Source of the DNA: Thermodesulfobacteriota bacterium
GTDB lineage: Bacteria > Desulfobacterota_D > UBA1144 > Nemesobacterales > UBA2774
Assembly: GCA_965216785.1 (NCBI GenBank)
Contig: OZ244197.1
Location: 1,920,001-1,984,000 of the forward strand
DNA length: 64,000 bases
Reading direction: 5' to 3'
Shown: one piece after another, positions 39,838 to 49,855 of the stretch
How the letters are laid out: each line of letters opens with the position of its first letter
Numbering within the stretch: the stretch's first letter is position 1
The notes under the pieces: generated by a model
Seen by the model: the letters and a program-made list of their open reading frames with translations, nothing else
What the model was told of the DNA's origin: nothing
The model's database searches: none
Translations under genes and position numbers: made by a program

Positions 39838-41087
39838 TTATTTTCCTCATTTTCCGGAGTCCCGCCGAGTTTAAACGCCTCGTGCAGGGTCCTTACAGCA
39901 AGCTCGGTATATTTTTCCTCTATTACACAGGAAATCTTGATTTCCGAGGTGCTTATCATCAATATATTTATTCCTTCCTTGGCAAGCGCCGTAAACATCT
40001 TGGTAGCCACGCCCGAGTGGGTCTTCATTCCTACGCCTACAAGGGATACTTTGGTAATTTTATCGTCAGAGAGTATCTCTCTTGCTCCCAGGCTTCCTGC
40101 CACTTCTTGTGTAATTATAATCGATTTTTTATAGTCTGTCCTGGGCACGGTGAACGTGAGATCTGTATGGCCTTCGTGGCTTACGTTCTGAACGATCATG
40201 TCCACAATTATCCCGTTTTCCCCAAGGGGAGTGAATATCTTGGCCGCAATACCCGGGCTGTCGGGAACCCGGCTGATGGTGATCTTTGCCTGGTTCTTAT
40301 CGAACGATACTCCGGATATAAGAATTTCTTCCAAATGAGACATCTCTTCTTCCTCCTCTACGACCCATGTGCCCCGGGCGTCTGGTTTTGCGGTGGGGCG
40401 TACGTGAAGCGGCACGCCGTGCTTCATGGCGAACTCTACTGCGCGCGCCTGTAGCACCTTGGAGCCGAGGCTTGCCATCTCTAGCATTTCTTCATAGGAT
40501 ATGCGCTCGAGCTTCCTTGCCCTCGGCACCATTGTAGGGTCTGTAGTATATATTCCGTCTACGTCGTCTTTATACAGCTCGCAGGAGTCTGCCTTAAGGG
40601 CGGCCGCGAGCGCGACCGCGGTGAGGTCAGAGCCACCTCTGCCCAGTGTGGTAACGTTGCCGTCAACGTCCACACCCTGAAACCCCGCCACTACTACGAT
40701 CTTGCCGTTTTTGAGGGCGTCCTCGATCTTCTCCGCGTGTATGCTCTGTATCTTTGCCTTTGAGTGTGCGTTATCGGTCACGATTCTTACCTGGTGTCCC
40801 TGAAAAGAGACCGCTTCGTGCCCGAGCGATTTGATCGTCATCGATAGAATGCCGGAGGACACCTGCTCTCCGCTCGAGGTGATGACGTCGAGCTCTCTTT
40901 CATCTGGAGGGTCCATTACCTGAAGCGCCAGATTTACGAGCCTGTCCGTCTCACCCGCCATGGCCGAAACCACCACCAGGACGTCGTTTCCGTCCCTGCT
41001 TGTTTTAATGACGTGCTGCGCAACGCCCCTTATCTTCTCTAAATTAGAGACGCTTGTGCCGCCGTATTTTTGAACGATAAGACCCAT
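39834..41087 (-). CDS. lysC: Aspartate kinase (alpha2beta2 type, two ACT domains)
   Basis: [29 protein letters not shown]. Confidence 0.96.
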   Translation of the reverse strand: MGLIVQKYGGTSVSNLEKIRGVAQHVIKTSRDGNDVLVVVSAMAGETDRLVNLALQVMDPPDERELDVITSSGEQVSSGILSMTIKSLGHEAVSFQGHQVRIVTDNAHSKAKIQSIHAEKIEDALKNGKIVVVAGFQGVDVDGNVTTLGRGGSDLTAVALAAALKADSCELYKDDVDGIYTTDPTMVPRARKLERISYEEMLEMASLGSKVLQARAVEFAMKHGVPLHVRPTAKPDARGTWVVEEEEEMSHLEEILISGVSFDKNQAKITISRVPDSPGIAAKIFTPLGENGIIVDMIVQNVSHEGHTDLTFTVPRTDYKKSIIITQEVAGSLGAREILSDDKITKVSLVGVGMKTHSGVATKMFTALAKEGINILMISTSEIKISCVIEEKYTELAVRTLHEAFKLGGTPENEENK

Positions 41088-41533
41088 TCACTTGCACCTT
41101 TAATGTTTATATCTCTGCTGTTTTCCGATCCCTCTTCCTCGGGGATCGTAATCTTTATTTCTATCGCTTCCTCGGGGAATATTCCGGGTACTCTGTCGGC
41201 CCACTCTACAGCGGCCACACCGCCGCCGTAAAAGAACTCCTCGTATCCCATTGCCATAAGCTCGTCCTCGTCCGCCACTCTGTATAGATCGAAATGAAAG
41301 AGCGGCAGCCGTCCCTCATAGCAGTTCATTATTACAAACGTTGGGCTGTTGGGCTCTTCCTCTATCTGAAGTCCCTTCGCGATTCCTTTTACGAGTACGG
41401 ATTTTCCGGCACCGAGCTCGCCCACAAGGGCTATAATAGTACCGGGGTTTAGCGATTTTCCAATAATCTCGCCCAGTTTGAGTGTTTGATTCGCGCTATT
41501 TACATGTATTTGTATACTGTCGAGTTCAGTCAT
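41039..41533 (-). CDS. tsaE: tRNA t6A biosynthesis ATPase TsaE
   Basis: [22 protein letters not shown]. Confidence 0.95.
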   Translation of the reverse strand: MTELDSIQIHVNSANQTLKLGEIIGKSLNPGTIIALVGELGAGKSVLVKGIAKGLQIEEEPNSPTFVIMNCYEGRLPLFHFDLYRVADEDELMAMGYEEFFYGGGVAAVEWADRVPGIFPEEAIEIKITIPEEEGSENSRDINIKGASEWVLSFKNTAAQASLI

Positions 41534-41560
41534 TTAACGTTATCGGTGAATAATTTGAAT

Positions 41561-43117
41561 TTAGCGGATGCGGATTACGGGCTCTTCTTCTATTTCGGGG
41601 ATCGCGCTAAGCGCCTCAGGGAGGGTGTCGGCCAGGTCACCCGCAGTGAGTCCGGCATCTCCTATCTCATCTGCAACCAAGTCTCCCGAAAGCCCGTGTA
41701 CGAACGTCCCGAGCTTGCACGCCTCTGCCGGCTCGAGCCTTTGCGCAAGGAGTCCTCCGACAACGCCGGTAAGCACGTCTCCCGTGCCCCCCGAGGCCAT
41801 ACCCGGGTTTCCGGTCGTATTGATGGAGATCTCTCCCTCTGGTGTCGATATGACTGAGCGCGCGCCCTTTAAAATCAGATGCACTCCGTAACGCCGGGTG
41901 AATTCAAGCGCGGTTTTGACTCTGTCGCCCTGTATATCGCTTATGCTGAGGCCCGTTAGCCTTGACATCTCGCCCGGGTGCGGGGTTAGTATAATCGGCG
42001 CTTTAGCTTTCTTTAGAATTTCGGGTTCATGGGAAATCAGAGTAAGCCCGTCAGCGTCTATGACCATGGGCTTGTCCGTCCGCCTGATAATCTGAAAGAG
42101 GAACTCACCCGCTTCATCGCTCGTACTCATTCCGGGGCCTAAGGCCAAGGCCGAGATTCTTTTCTCGGAGGCAAGCTCAAGGGCCCTTTGCACAGACAGC
42201 TTTCCGAATGTCTTAAGGTCTGTCTCGGGCAGGGGCTCGGTCATGACCTCTGTCGTCTTTTGTTCCATTATGGGGTTTAGGCTGAAAGGCACTCCCACGG
42301 TTACAAGCCCTGTGCCTACTCTGAGCGCGCCTTCCGAGGCGAGCGTGGCCGCGCCCGATTTCCCGGGCGAGCCCGCGAGTATCAGCAGGTGGCCGTAGGT
42401 GCCTTTGTTCGTATCTTCATGCCTCGGCGGTATTATATCGACCACGTCGTATGCGGTAAGAAGCTCAAGAGATATGTCCTCTTCCAGAACCTCGGGAGTT
42501 GTTATGTTCGCTAAAAAAACGTCGCCCGCGTAATCTACACCCGGGTATACGGAAGTGCCGATCTTTGGCAGCGCGTATGTGACGGTTATGTCCGCCTCTA
42601 CCGCTGCGCCGAGCGGATGCCCCGTGTCCGCGTCCAGCCCCGAGGGCAGGTCTACAGAAATAACCGGGGCCGACTGCGAGTTTATAAATTCGATTACCTT
42701 TTTATAGAACCCTGTGACTTTCCTCTCAAGCCCGGTGCCAAAGAGAGCGTCTACGATGATATCCGCAGTCCTGTACTTCCTTAAGCTTCCGCCGAGCTCT
42801 ACAATCTCACCACCCGATTTTTTGAGTGCGCGGTAATTTGTGAGGGCGTCCCCCTTATATTTTTTGGGGTCTGAGGCAACGTATGTGACGACCTCGACAC
42901 CTTCAGAGATAAGCTGCCTAGCGATTACAAAGCCGTCCCCTGCGTTGTTTCCGCCTCCGGCGAATACTGCAGCCGCCTGAGTGTAGGGGTATTCGGCGAT
43001 TATCACGTCCGCTGTAGCACGCCCGGCGTTTTCCATGAGTACGAGGCCGGGAATGCCGTATTTCTCTATAGATTTCCTGTCTATTTCTCTTATTATGTCA
43101 CGAGTCGCTATCTTCAT
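41561..43117 (-). CDS. nnr: Bifunctional NAD(P)H-hydrate epimerase/dehydratase
   Basis: LMENAG, GNNAGDG, DALFGTG, DLPSG; GPG, DADGL, TPHPGEM, GGTGDVL. Confidence 0.96.
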   Translation of the reverse strand: MKIATRDIIREIDRKSIEKYGIPGLVLMENAGRATADVIIAEYPYTQAAAVFAGGGNNAGDGFVIARQLISEGVEVVTYVASDPKKYKGDALTNYRALKKSGGEIVELGGSLRKYRTADIIVDALFGTGLERKVTGFYKKVIEFINSQSAPVISVDLPSGLDADTGHPLGAAVEADITVTYALPKIGTSVYPGVDYAGDVFLANITTPEVLEEDISLELLTAYDVVDIIPPRHEDTNKGTYGHLLILAGSPGKSGAATLASEGALRVGTGLVTVGVPFSLNPIMEQKTTEVMTEPLPETDLKTFGKLSVQRALELASEKRISALALGPGMSTSDEAGEFLFQIIRRTDKPMVIDADGLTLISHEPEILKKAKAPIILTPHPGEMSRLTGLSISDIQGDRVKTALEFTRRYGVHLILKGARSVISTPEGEISINTTGNPGMASGGTGDVLTGVVGGLLAQRLEPAEACKLGTFVHGLSGDLVADEIGDAGLTAGDLADTLPEALSAIPEIEEEPVIRIR

Positions 43118-43684
43118 AATCTGCTATAAAAAATAACTAAGAATAAGGGGGTTGTATAGGAGGAGATACTATTTAACGGGGTTTGGTGCTCAGTAAATAG
43201 AATTACACTATAGCTAATGCGTATTGTCAGGGTTTGTGAAACTCAAACATACGGGTTGCATCCACTCCCTTTTCTAAAGTATCTATAAAAATCTTGCTTC
43301 AAACAAACATTTGCAATCTCTTTCTAAACATCTTTCTCTTAATTTGCGACTTGTTGACAATGATATATGTGTAATATTATAATAAGTAATGACAGTAATA
43401 TAAGCAAAATATTGTAATTGATAAAGAGAGGCATATTTTGCAAAAGGCATTGGGGATTGAGGAGTTTTACCTTCCTGTAGTACGACAAGAGAAAATATCA
43501 GACGTCCCTGAAGGAATGTCCAAAATCCAGGGGTGTCCAAAATCACTGTATCGATTGCTTGGAGAATGCGAATATGACCCGAGGAGGGATGTTTGTGATG
43601 AAAAAGCAATTAATATCTCCCGACTGTAATTTTGAGGCACAAAAATCCGAAGAAGCTGTTTTTCAGGCTGTGAAAGGAGGCAGG

Positions 43685-46183
43685 ATGATGAGAGTATTGC
43701 AATCAAGTTTAGTACTAATAGGGTTGGTAGTTTTAATTTCGTTAATCGCTCCCGTAAATCTTAAGGCGCAGCCAGTTACTCTTGGCGTAGTGGCCGACAA
43801 TCAAACGCTGGTCCCCGGCGGCGGAGGCGGCGACTTCACGGACTTTAATAGTCCTGTTTTCCTCGGGGGTAACGATGTAGCGTTTAGAGGTTTTGGCGGT
43901 ACCGGGATGGAGGGTATATATACGACAATTTTGGGAGTGCCGACGTTAGTAGCCAATAAAAACACGCCGGTCCCCGGTGGGGGTGGAGGAAGCTTTACAG
44001 GCTTTGGTGATCCAGCCTCCCTGGGTGGTGGAGATGTAGCGTTTTTCGGTGAAGGCGGTACAGGAGTGAGTGGAATATATAAAACGGTAGGGGGAGTATT
44101 GATGTTGGTAGCCGATAGGAATACGCCGGTTCCCGGTGGTGGTGGAGGAAACTTTACAGACTTTAGCACTCCAGTCTCGCTGGGTGGTGGAGAGGTGGTG
44201 TTTGTCGGTCTCGGCGGCACAGGAGTCACAGGTATATATAAGACGGTAGGTGGAGTACTGACGTTAGTTGCGAATACAAACACGCTGGTTCCCGGCGGGG
44301 GTGGAGCAGGCTTTGTAAGCTTTGGTCTTCCCGTTTCCATAGGTGGTGGAGAGGTGGCGTTTCTTGCTAGTGGTGGTACAGGTATAGCTGGCATATATAA
44401 AACGGTAGGTGGAGTGCCGACGTTAGTCGCCGATAGGAACACGCCGGTCCCCGGCGGCGGAGGGGGAAGCTTTACAAGCCATCAGAAACTTATCTCTCTT
44501 GGTGGTGGAGAGGTAGCGTTTTTCGGTGAAGGTGGTACAGGAGCGAGCGGTATATATAAAACGGTAGGTGGAATACTGATGTTAGTAGCGGATGAAAACA
44601 CGCTTGCCCCCGGAGGTGACGGAGGGGGATTTAGATTCTTTGGTGGTCCGGTCTCCCTGGGTGGAAGCGATGTAGCGTTTTACAGCGGAGAAGGTGGTGC
44701 GGGAAGGGAAGGCATATTTAAAGAGGTGGGGGGAGTGCTGATGTTAGTAGCGAATGAAATCACGCCGGTCCCCGGCGGCGGAGGGGGAAGCTTTACAAGC
44801 TTTGGTGATCCGGTCTCCCTGGGCGGCAGTGAAGTAGCGTTTTTCGGTGAAGGCGGTGCGGGGGAGAGCGGTATATATAAAACTGTGGGGGGAGTGCCGA
44901 CGTTAATAGCCAATGAAAATACGTTAATCCCCGGCGGCGGAGGGACAAGCTTTACAGACTTTTTTACTCCCGTCTCCTTAGGGGGTGGTACTGTAGTGTT
45001 TAAAGGTGATGGTGTGGGGCTGACAGGTGTATATATCGCCGGTACGGGCTCGACGCTTAATGTAACCAAAACAGGTACGGGTACGGGGACCGTAACGAGC
45101 GTGCCTTTGGGAATAAACTGTGGTGCGGTCTGCAGCGAGGACTATGTTATAAACACCGTAGTTACCCTTACGGCCGTAGCCGGCGCGGGCTCTGTATTCG
45201 CAGGCTGGACCGGCGACCCTGACTGTACGGATGGTGTCGTTACTATGGATATGTCTATAACATGTACAGCGATTTTTGCTATGGAAGCGGATTTGTCTAT
45301 TGTTAAAACTGCAAGCCCAAACCCCGTGGAATTGGATAGCGAGCTTACATATACTATTGAGATAGAAAACTTAGGCCCGGACCCGGCTGTGGGGGTAGTG
45401 CTTACGGACATACTGCCCGGAGGGGTAATGTTCATATCCTCATCAGTAGTTTGTGATAATATGGACGGGACATTGACTTGCGAGCTAGAGGATATCGACA
45501 ATGGAGATACTACTACTGTAACTATAGTGGTAGTCCCGCCTGAGATTGGTGATATAACGAATAGCGCGACAGTAAGCGCCGAAACCCCCGACCCTAATAT
45601 GGATAACAATACCTCTACCATAATTACACAGGTCGAAGAGGATGTGCCGCAGATGCTGGACGTGGTGCTGGACCAGTCTGAGTTTACGGTGAACCCCGGA
45701 GGTATGGTAAGCATGGCGGTAGAAATTAGTAACCCTCCTTTACCCATAACGAGTTCGCTTACTCAGACAAAACAGACTGCAACAGGAGTAGTATTGACAA
45801 TTGACATTCCCGAAGGGTTTGACGTAGAGGATATAATTACAACACAAGGGGTGTGCGATATAGACCTGCGTCAATGTACAATCGGTGATATCATGCCCGG
45901 TGAGACCGTAACAGTGGTACTGGACGCTATTGCTCCACAAGGAGACGGAGTGTTTGTTGTAAGCTTCCGCGCCGGCACTTCGACGGGTCAGATGTTTTCG
46001 GGTACTGCTATTGTAACTGTTCGCGGTAGTGACGGTGGAGACGGTAACTGTGCTCTTGCTTCAAGTAATGCAGGAAAGCCTGAAATATTCGGACTACTTG
46101 CTCCGTTCGTTCTGCTGCCACTTATGATGCTGCTGAGAAGAAAGAGAAGAGGCAGGATTACAGCGCATACTGGCACAAAATGA
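43685..46183 (+). CDS. Surface protein: 8 x 53-aa Gly-rich propeller repeats, InlB-B-like repeat, DUF11-like domains, Cys-containing C-terminal sorting tail
   Basis: AGGAGG SD before MMRVLQ; 159-bp repeat period; ADLSIVKTASP..TYTIEIENLGP; tail GGDGNCAL...TM..RRKRR. Confidence 0.85.
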   Translation: MMRVLQSSLVLIGLVVLISLIAPVNLKAQPVTLGVVADNQTLVPGGGGGDFTDFNSPVFLGGNDVAFRGFGGTGMEGIYTTILGVPTLVANKNTPVPGGGGGSFTGFGDPASLGGGDVAFFGEGGTGVSGIYKTVGGVLMLVADRNTPVPGGGGGNFTDFSTPVSLGGGEVVFVGLGGTGVTGIYKTVGGVLTLVANTNTLVPGGGGAGFVSFGLPVSIGGGEVAFLASGGTGIAGIYKTVGGVPTLVADRNTPVPGGGGGSFTSHQKLISLGGGEVAFFGEGGTGASGIYKTVGGILMLVADENTLAPGGDGGGFRFFGGPVSLGGSDVAFYSGEGGAGREGIFKEVGGVLMLVANEITPVPGGGGGSFTSFGDPVSLGGSEVAFFGEGGAGESGIYKTVGGVPTLIANENTLIPGGGGTSFTDFFTPVSLGGGTVVFKGDGVGLTGVYIAGTGSTLNVTKTGTGTGTVTSVPLGINCGAVCSEDYVINTVVTLTAVAGAGSVFAGWTGDPDCTDGVVTMDMSITCTAIFAMEADLSIVKTASPNPVELDSELTYTIEIENLGPDPAVGVVLTDILPGGVMFISSSVVCDNMDGTLTCELEDIDNGDTTTVTIVVVPPEIGDITNSATVSAETPDPNMDNNTSTIITQVEEDVPQMLDVVLDQSEFTVNPGGMVSMAVEISNPPLPITSSLTQTKQTATGVVLTIDIPEGFDVEDIITTQGVCDIDLRQCTIGDIMPGETVTVVLDAIAPQGDGVFVVSFRAGTSTGQMFSGTAIVTVRGSDGGDGNCALASSNAGKPEIFGLLAPFVLLPLMMLLRRKRRGRITAHTGTK

Positions 46184-46211
46184 CTATTAAAATATAATAT
46201 TCCGGGAGCGC

Positions 46212-46415
46212 TTTCTACTTGGCCATTCCGCCGTAGCTAACAGGTCTTGTGTCCCCGAAGGTGTTTACGAGAGTGTCGAGGAATTCCTCTGTGTGCTCCT
46301 CGCAGAAATGATAGGTGAGTGTGTCCCTGCCGTCGCGGCTAGAGACAGTGATCTGCTCGTAGTGTCTTCCGCACAGGTCTTTTTGGCAAAGAGCGCAAGA
46401 CTTAATACCCTGACG
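46212..46415 (-). pseudogene. Displaced 3' fragment of the Cys/His protein gene at 48640-48924
   Basis: 204 bp matching 48637-48840 with 5 mismatches; in-frame TGA at 46434-46436 upstream and no in-frame start. Confidence 0.88.
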
Positions 46416-46440
46416 TTCACACCGCTTGAAATGTCATCCT

Positions 46441-47331
46441 TTAATTGTGGCCGTTTACGAAAATTTCCTCAATTACGCGCCCGTCTATGTCCGGGGGAGG
46501 TTTGAGACCGAGCGCGCGCAGCACCGTCGGAGCGGTATCGTATATATAGACCTGCTCTTTAACGGCGTAGTCTTTTTTGACGTACTTTCCTATTGCAAGC
46601 CAGGGTATTTGTATTGAATGCGGTATGTCGTCGCCGTGGTTTATGCCTTGGCCGCCGTGGTCGGATAATATCATAATAAACATAGCCTCATATATTCCCT
46701 CATCTTTCAAAGACGCTATTATCGTTCCCAGAGCTTTATCTACATCAGCTATGGAATTCAGATACTCAGGGGACATCCATCCCTTTACGTGCCCAGTGAG
46801 ATCGGGGTAGGGGAAATGGACCAGCGAGAGCCGGGGCTTATTCTCCTTCATATATGTTACGTAGCTTTTTGTTATCTCCCGGACGCTGTCCTCTGACTCA
46901 GAGGTTGATTCGTAATGCTCTGTAGTTCCCGGAGTGTTTATGTAAGAGAGCTTGTCTTTCCCTACGAAGAGCGCGGAATCGAGTCCGCTCTTTTTCGCTA
47001 CTGTAAATATGGTCTCAAACTCCGTATGCCCCAGGTCCGGAGAATATTTGTTTACCGTCATTCCGTGTTTTTTAGGTGTAAGCCCCGTAACGAGAGAAGT
47101 GTGCGAGGGCAGGGTTTTGGCGATCTCAACCGTTCTCGCGCTCGGCGTATAGGAACCCGTCTTTATTAGTGAATCGAGATTTGGGGTGTCTGCAAGTTCA
47201 ATCGCATCCGGTCTTAAGCCGTCGATAGTAATAATGAGAGCATAAGGAGCTTTGCTCTTAGCGGATGAGCATGCGGATATTAATATAAAGAGGATAAAGA
47301 TTATGGGGATTCTTACGCGCGAAATTTTCAT
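46441..47331 (-). CDS. Alkaline phosphatase superfamily lipoprotein (type I phosphodiesterase/nucleotide pyrophosphatase)
   Basis: Lipobox ISAC; ITIDGLRPD, TLPSH..TG, PDLTGH..GW, SDHGG, DTAPT. Confidence 0.9.
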   Translation of the reverse strand: MKISRVRIPIIFILFILISACSSAKSKAPYALIITIDGLRPDAIELADTPNLDSLIKTGSYTPSARTVEIAKTLPSHTSLVTGLTPKKHGMTVNKYSPDLGHTEFETIFTVAKKSGLDSALFVGKDKLSYINTPGTTEHYESTSESEDSVREITKSYVTYMKENKPRLSLVHFPYPDLTGHVKGWMSPEYLNSIADVDKALGTIIASLKDEGIYEAMFIMILSDHGGQGINHGDDIPHSIQIPWLAIGKYVKKDYAVKEQVYIYDTAPTVLRALGLKPPPDIDGRVIEEIFVNGHN

Positions 47332-47442
47332 TAACAGAGTTCTGCTGCTTCCCTTATGCTAAGCTCGGTTTAAGTCTGAATTATGAAGAACGCAATTCAT
47401 AATTGATATTCTAATAATGTGGTCAAATGCTGCCCATTTCAA

Positions 47443-47484
47443 CTGCTCAGCAGAAATCGGTATGGCGGAATTTCTGCTGAGCAG
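47443..47484. terminator. Inverted-repeat hairpin downstream of the 47545-48171 gene
   Basis: ctgctcagcagaaat...atttctgctgagcag. Confidence 0.6.
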
Positions 47485-47544
47485 GATTATGGTTTATCGG
47501 AGTGAGAATAAATTTACTCACATTGTTCAGCATAAAGATTTACA

Positions 47545-48171
47545 TTAAGGCGTACTTACAGATACCGCCATTGCCTCAGTGTAGGTAACCAGTACCTTCT
47601 CGCCGGGTTTTAAATTCTCCATAGTGCTGACGCTAGGATCAACCTTAACTCTCGCAACCTGTTTGCCGGGAGCCTTGTACTTAAGCATATTGGTAGCTCT
47701 ATCTATGCCTATTACCTCGACTACTTCAGAAACTATCTCGATATCGATTTTGCCCGGTTTATCGGAATCTTCGACCATTACTGTCATCCCCTGAGTATCA
47801 AGCGGTTCTGCATCCGGAGCAGCTACCTGAAGCGCGAGCGATTCGTAAAATCCAATTGTGACCTTATCGCCGATAGCTAACTTGTCGAAGTTAGGAACAT
47901 CGTCATCCACCTCAACTACGTCGACTAAATTGCCGTCCGCATCAGCAAGAACGACAAGACGCTCATTCATATTAAGAGCCTGAATATAAAGCGTCTCTAC
48001 TGCGATGCCTTTTAAAACAATTTTTCTATCACCCTTTTCGAGCATCATAGTCTTGCCTGTATTTCCAGGCTGCTCAAGCATCTCCTTCGCGCCATCATCC
48101 TGAGCAAAAGACCCTGTCGAAAAAGACACAAACGCAAAAGCTAATACCGAAAATAAAAATAATCTCTTCAT
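47545..48171 (-). CDS. Hypothetical periplasmic protein with two OB-fold-like repeats
   Basis: Signal peptide ending SFA; FDKLAIGDKVTIGFYESLA and MENLKPGEKVLVTYTEAMA. Confidence 0.75.
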   Translation of the reverse strand: MKRLFLFSVLAFAFVSFSTGSFAQDDGAKEMLEQPGNTGKTMMLEKGDRKIVLKGIAVETLYIQALNMNERLVVLADADGNLVDVVEVDDDVPNFDKLAIGDKVTIGFYESLALQVAAPDAEPLDTQGMTVMVEDSDKPGKIDIEIVSEVVEVIGIDRATNMLKYKAPGKQVARVKVDPSVSTMENLKPGEKVLVTYTEAMAVSVSTP

Positions 48172-48639
48172 AACAATACCTCCTTGGGATTTTTTAAATC
48201 TTTAATTCAAACTGCTTTAGATCCCCGCCATTTTCTAATTAAAGACTGAACAAATGTCACAGCACAATACAGTATTAGCGGCTGGTGTTATAAACCGCCC
48301 TGCCAATTATGTGCTGAGTTCAATTGTTACTACGCTATCTAATGTGAATCAATGTCGCCATCTATTGTATGTTATTGTCCTTTAGATATGTTTGAATGCG
48401 GATTAATCTAAAGGTGACCCATACAAAACCCATATAAAGCTTAGCATATATAAAAAGTTATCCTAACGTATTTTTGCAAACTAAAAATTTGTGGGAAATC
48501 GGGTATATGATGTATGTCAGGCGGAGATTAGAAAACCTTCTAATCTCCGGAGCTTCAAGCTTTCTTTCCTTATGGCTTTTACTGTAATTGTACTAGATTA
48601 ATTCTAGCGGCTTCTTATTGAGTGGCAGTATAGAGTTTT

Positions 48640-48924
48640 CTACTTGGCCATTCCGCCGTAGCTAACCGGTCTTGTGTCCCCGAAGGTGTTTACGAGAGTG
48701 TCGAGGAATTCCTCAGTGTGCTCCTCGCAGAAATGATAGGTGAGCGTGTCCCTGCCGCCGCGGCTAGAGACAGTGATCTGCTCGTAGTGTCTTCCGCACA
48801 GGTCTTTTTGGCAAAGAGCGCATGACTTAATACCCTGACGCTCTCCTTCGCTCTCGCAGCGGGTGCCGTCTTCGTGAACGTGATCGCACTGGTACATCTC
48901 TACAGTTATTGTTTTTACGGACAT
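48640..48924 (-). CDS. Small Cys/His-rich putative zinc-finger protein, paralogue 1
   Basis: C-x9-C-x11-C-x2-C-x4-C-x2-H-x19-C-x2-H; GGAGG SD. Confidence 0.85.
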   Translation of the reverse strand: MSVKTITVEMYQCDHVHEDGTRCESEGERQGIKSCALCQKDLCGRHYEQITVSSRGGRDTLTYHFCEEHTEEFLDTLVNTFGDTRPVSYGGMAK

Positions 48925-48990
48925 TGAAATCCTCCCAGCTTAAATATTAATTCTCTGTATCTGATAATACTGAACGCCAGCCCCACATTA

Positions 48991-49023
48991 CTATTAAACT
49001 AAATACTCCCTTATAAGTCAATA
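48991..49023 (-). promoter_or_regulatory. Conserved sigma70-type promoter of paralogue 1
   Basis: TTGACT-17-TTTAAT within ATTTAGTTTAATAG. Confidence 0.75.
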
Positions 49024-49050
49024 TATTTTAGATGCCGGTTTTTATGGTGG

Positions 49051-49383
49051 TTATGACGCCAGATATGTGCCGTCTCCGATGCCGGGGATTACCTCGCCCT
49101 CGCCGTAGCGGTCTACTACTATGTTCCTAAACTCCTGGTAATGCTCCTCACAGAAATAGTAGAGGAACCTGACCCTGTTGCCCCGGAGGAGGTTGTTTGA
49201 GATATTGTCGCCGTCCCCAATGAAGACGACAGTCGTAATCTCGCAGTGCTCCTTACACAGGTCCTGGCGGCATACGTGGCATTCTCTCATCTCTTCTCTG
49301 TTGCCCTCGTTCACGCAGCGCTCGCCCTGGCCGTTTTCATGGTCACACTGATAAACTTCAAGCTCAATCTCTCTTTTTGACAT
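49051..49383 (-). CDS. Small Cys/His-rich putative zinc-finger protein, paralogue 2
   Basis: Same ligand spacing with a longer loop (x31) before FCEEH. Confidence 0.85.
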   Translation of the reverse strand: MSKREIELEVYQCDHENGQGERCVNEGNREEMRECHVCRQDLCKEHCEITTVVFIGDGDNISNNLLRGNRVRFLYYFCEEHYQEFRNIVVDRYGEGEVIPGIGDGTYLAS

Positions 49384-49422
49384 TAGACCCCTGCGCTGTC
49401 TCTCAAGTGGTATATTTTTATT

Positions 49423-49455
49423 CTATTAAACTAAATCGGGAGATGTATGTCAATA
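49423..49455 (-). promoter_or_regulatory. Conserved sigma70-type promoter of paralogue 2
   Basis: TTGACA-17-TTTAAT within ATTTAGTTTAATAG. Confidence 0.75.
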
Positions 49456-49481
49456 AGGTTTTTAAGGTATGTAGCTGACTG

Positions 49482-49781
49482 TTACCATCTGCTGAGCGTA
49501 ACCCCATACCCGCTCTGGGGCACGGGGCTCGTGTCGCCGAACTTATCTATAAGGATCTGTCTGAACTCGTCTGTGTGCTCTTCGCAGAAGTAATATGTGA
49601 AGTGCTCTCTGGTGCCGCTGATGGTGACTGTCGAGAGCTCGTAGTGGGTGATGCAGATATCGTTCCCGCACACCCCGCACACCTTGATCGCCTCGCGGTC
49701 GCCTCTGCTCCGGCACTGCTCGCCGTCCTCGCCCACGTGGTCGCACTCGAATATCTCTAGCTCTATTTCCCTTTTGGACAT
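49482..49781 (-). CDS. Small Cys/His-rich putative zinc-finger protein, paralogue 3
   Basis: MSKREIELE..CDH..C..CGVC..ICITH..YYFCEEH. Confidence 0.85.
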   Translation of the reverse strand: MSKREIELEIFECDHVGEDGEQCRSRGDREAIKVCGVCGNDICITHYELSTVTISGTREHFTYYFCEEHTDEFRQILIDKFGDTSPVPQSGYGVTLSRW

Positions 49782-49788
49782 GTAACCA

Positions 49789-49822
49789 CTATTAAACTAT
49801 AAATGGGGCGGGGAAGTCAATA
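49789..49822 (-). promoter_or_regulatory. Conserved promoter of paralogue 3 (near-leaderless)
   Basis: TTGACT-18-TTTAAT, 9 nt before ATG, no SD. Confidence 0.7.
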
Positions 49823-49855
49823 AGGACTATGGTTCAGTATGCGTGATGAGTGATA

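Noticed and set aside
43118-43684. Riboswitch or ncRNA in the long AT-rich region upstream of the propeller protein
   Set aside because: No recognisable conserved aptamer motif by eye; an Rfam/Infernal scan would be needed
46293-46505. 70-aa plus-strand ORF over the duplicated fragment
   Set aside because: Antisense to the zinc-finger fragment and overlapping the phosphodiesterase stop; no coding support
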